The translations under genes and the position numbers were made by a program. From positions 1 to 29,619 of the forward strand of contig JAQGNC010000477.1 of the NCBI GenBank assembly GCA_028292065.1: a stretch of 29,619 nucleotides of DNA, in the 5' to 3' direction. Source of the DNA: Betaproteobacteria bacterium (GTDB lineage Bacteria > Pseudomonadota > Gammaproteobacteria > Burkholderiales > SG8-41). A model generated the notes under the pieces. It was not told where the DNA came from. It worked only from the letters and a program-made list of their open reading frames with translations, and did no database searches. Of the stretch, positions 27,770 through 29,619 are shown in pieces (position 1 is the stretch's first letter; the number at the start of each line of letters is the position of its first letter).

Positions 27770-27796
27770 TGGATGCTGGCCTTCGCCAGCATGACG
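27770..27796. repeat. single CGTC-tagged REP unit
   Basis: TGGATGCTGGC-CTTC-GCCAGCATGACG; same family as 13983-14009. Confidence 0.75.
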
Positions 27797-27806
27797 TAGA
27801 GGCGTG

Positions 27807-27821
27807 CGGCACGTCGGTTGC
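27807..27821 (+). promoter_or_regulatory. putative sigma54 (-24/-12) promoter
   Basis: CGGCACG-TCGG-TTGC versus consensus TGGCACG-N4-TTGC; GG at 27808-27809 and GC at 27820-27821 with exact N10 spacing. Confidence 0.65.
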
Positions 27822-27833
27822 CTCTACCACGAC

Positions 27834-27920
27834 GGTGACCCGATCGGTGTTTCATGAAATGTCCGGCTCGGGGTGACCAGAGTCCGGGGTGGCCCACACC
27901 CGCCCCGGACTCTTTCTTTC
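27834..27920 (+). ncRNA. candidate sigma54-dependent small RNA (~87 nt)
   Basis: Hairpin 1 (27834-27878) begins at the predicted +1; hairpin 2 (27879-27913) is followed by TTCTTTC. No convincing CDS lies between promoter and terminator. Confidence 0.5.
27879..27920 (+). terminator. Rho-independent terminator
   Basis: AGAGTCCGGGG / CCCCGGACTCT 11-bp stem followed by a T-rich tract. Confidence 0.75.
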
Positions 27921-27970
27921 GTGCAGCGCTCGCTCCTCCGCCTTGAACCAAACGTCCGAAGTCTCGCGAC

Positions 27971-27983
27971 GGGGTCGGACCCC
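27971..27983. repeat. GGGGTC-N-GACCCC palindrome
   Basis: GGGGTCGGACCCC, nested inside CCAAAC...GTTTGG just downstream of the recQ stop. Confidence 0.5.
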
Positions 27984-28007
27984 GGTTTGGATACAGGCGA
28001 CGCGGAC

Positions 28008-29618
28008 TTACCCGCGGATGACTGAAAGCACTGCCGGCCCGTAGCGCTCGAGCTTCTTCGCGCCGATGCCGCTGATGGTGCCGAGCGCGTCGAGGTCTTC
28101 AGGTTGCTCGGCGGCGATCGCCGCGAGGGTGCTGTCGTGGAAGATCACGTACGCGGGCACCGACTGCTCGCGCGCTTCGGTCGCTCGCCACGTTTTGAGG
28201 CGGCCGAGCAGGGCTTCGTCGGCGCCTGCGGGAAGCGCCGCCTGGACACGACGGCGCGACGCGCCGCGCGCGCGGGCGACGGTGCGCCGCATCTGGACGG
28301 GGGTCTCGCCTTTGAGCACCGGGCGGCTTTGTTCTGTGAGGCGCAGCGCACCGTAGGCGTCGTGATCGGGTCTCGCAAAACCGAGGGCGACGAGCTGGCG
28401 AAACACGTTGCGCCACGCGTCGTCGTCGAGATCGGCCCCGATACCGAAGACGCTGAGCTTGTCGTGCTCCCATTGCGTCATGCGATCGGTCGTGCGGCCT
28501 CTGAGCACGTCGATCAGGTGTCCCGCGCCGAAACGCTGGCCGGTGCGATACATGCACGAGAGCGCTTTGCGCGCGGCTTCGGTCGCGTCCCAGGTCTCGG
28601 GCGGCTCCAGACACGAATCGCAGTTGCCGCACGGCGCCGACGGTTCTCCGAAATACTCGAGCAGCCGCACGCGCCGGCACGCCGCGCTCTCGCACAATCC
28701 CAGCAGCGCTTCGAGCTTGCTCATCGACACGCGCTTGTACGCGTCGCTGCCTTCGGACTGGTCGATCATGCGCCGCTGCTGGACCACGTCGCCGAGGCCG
28801 TAAGCCATCCACGCGTCCGCAGGCAGCCCGTCGCGGCCGGCCCGGCCGGTCTCCTGGTAATAGCCTTCGATGCTCTTGGGCAGGTCGAGGTGCGCCACGA
28901 ATCGCACGTCCGGCTTGTCGATTCCCATGCCGAACGCGATCGTCGCCACGACGACGATCCCGTCATCGCTCTGGAAGCGCGCCTGATGCCTGCTGCGGCT
29001 CGCGGTATCCATTCCGGCGTGGTAGGGCAGCGCGCGCACGCCCTGCGTCGCGAGCCACGCCGAGGTCTCGTCGACTTTCTTTCGCGACAGGCAGTAGACG
29101 ATGCCCGATTCGCCCGGATGCTCGTCGCGGATGAAGCGCAGGAGCTGGGTGCGCGCGTCGTTCTTGTCGACGATGCGATAGCGGATGTTCGGCCGGTCGA
29201 AGCTCGAGATGAAGACGTGGGCTTCGTCGAGCGCGAGGCGGTGGATGATCTCTTCACGCGTCTGGGGATCGGCAGTCGCGGTCAGCGCGATGCGCGGAAT
29301 GTCGGGGAAACGCTCGTGCAGGAGCGAGAGCTGGAGATATTCCGGTCGGAAATCGTGTCCCCACTGCGACACGCAGTGCGCTTCGTCGATCGCGAACAGC
29401 GCGATCTTCGACTGTGCGAGCGCATCGAGCATGCGCGGCATCACGAGGCGCTCGGGCGCGACGTAGAGCAGATCGAGCTTGCCGGTGCGCAGCGCACGTT
29501 CGGTCTCGAATACCGCCTGCCCGTCGAGCGTCGAGTTGAGGAAAGCGGCGCTCACGCCGAGCTGCGTGAGTGCGGCGACCTGGTCCTGCATGAGCGCGAT
29601 CAGCGGCGACACGACGAG
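28008..29618 (-). CDS. recQ: ATP-dependent DNA helicase RecQ (5' end beyond the window)
   Basis: [72 protein letters not shown], Zn-binding CRR..CGNCDSC, winged helix, C-terminal HRDC (VPAYVIFHD). Confidence 0.97.
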   Translation of the reverse strand, partial: LVVSPLIALMQDQVAALTQLGVSAAFLNSTLDGQAVFETERALRTGKLDLLYVAPERLVMPRMLDALAQSKIALFAIDEAHCVSQWGHDFRPEYLQLSLLHERFPDIPRIALTATADPQTREEIIHRLALDEAHVFISSFDRPNIRYRIVDKNDARTQLLRFIRDEHPGESGIVYCLSRKKVDETSAWLATQGVRALPYHAGMDTASRSRHQARFQSDDGIVVVATIAFGMGIDKPDVRFVAHLDLPKSIEGYYQETGRAGRDGLPADAWMAYGLGDVVQQRRMIDQSEGSDAYKRVSMSKLEALLGLCESAACRRVRLLEYFGEPSAPCGNCDSCLEPPETWDATEAARKALSCMYRTGQRFGAGHLIDVLRGRTTDRMTQWEHDKLSVFGIGADLDDDAWRNVFRQLVALGFARPDHDAYGALRLTEQSRPVLKGETPVQMRRTVARARGASRRRVQAALPAGADEALLGRLKTWRATEAREQSVPAYVIFHDSTLAAIAAEQPEDLDALGTISGIGAKKLERYGPAVLSVIRG

Positions 29619-29619
29619 C

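Noticed and set aside
27854-27946. 30-codon ORF (MKCPARGDQ...) across the candidate sRNA
   Set aside because: No RBS, and it runs through the terminator hairpin; a non-coding reading fits better, though a dual-function RNA is not excluded.

Overview
A high-GC window with Betaproteobacteria-like gene content and order, mostly housekeeping. In order it holds: treZ; an RraA-family gene; surE-pcm-nlpD with no rpoS; a MoxR/DUF58/transglutaminase triad; a Mth938-like gene divergent from alaC-hom-thrC; nadC; an orphan FkbM methyltransferase; an FMN glutamate-synthase-like gene; clpB; an AttEFGH-like ABC ATPase/permease/lipocalin operon; a Bug (TctC-like) binding protein followed by a small 2-TM gene; an aldehyde dehydrogenase; and a 5'-truncated recQ. 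I see no transposase, integrase, tRNA, rRNA or CRISPR array. The unusual signal is mostly non-coding. The best candidate is a ~87-nt sigma54-dependent small RNA (27834-27920), with a good -24/-12 motif, two back-to-back hairpins and a U-rich end. Several unrelated palindromic or tandem repeat families sit in the intergenic gaps, including 7-mer repeats that supply start codons and an RBS. The short-type threonine synthase carries a four-cysteine insertion (C-x5-C-x2-C-x3-CP). All product calls come from motif recognition by eye; no database search was run.
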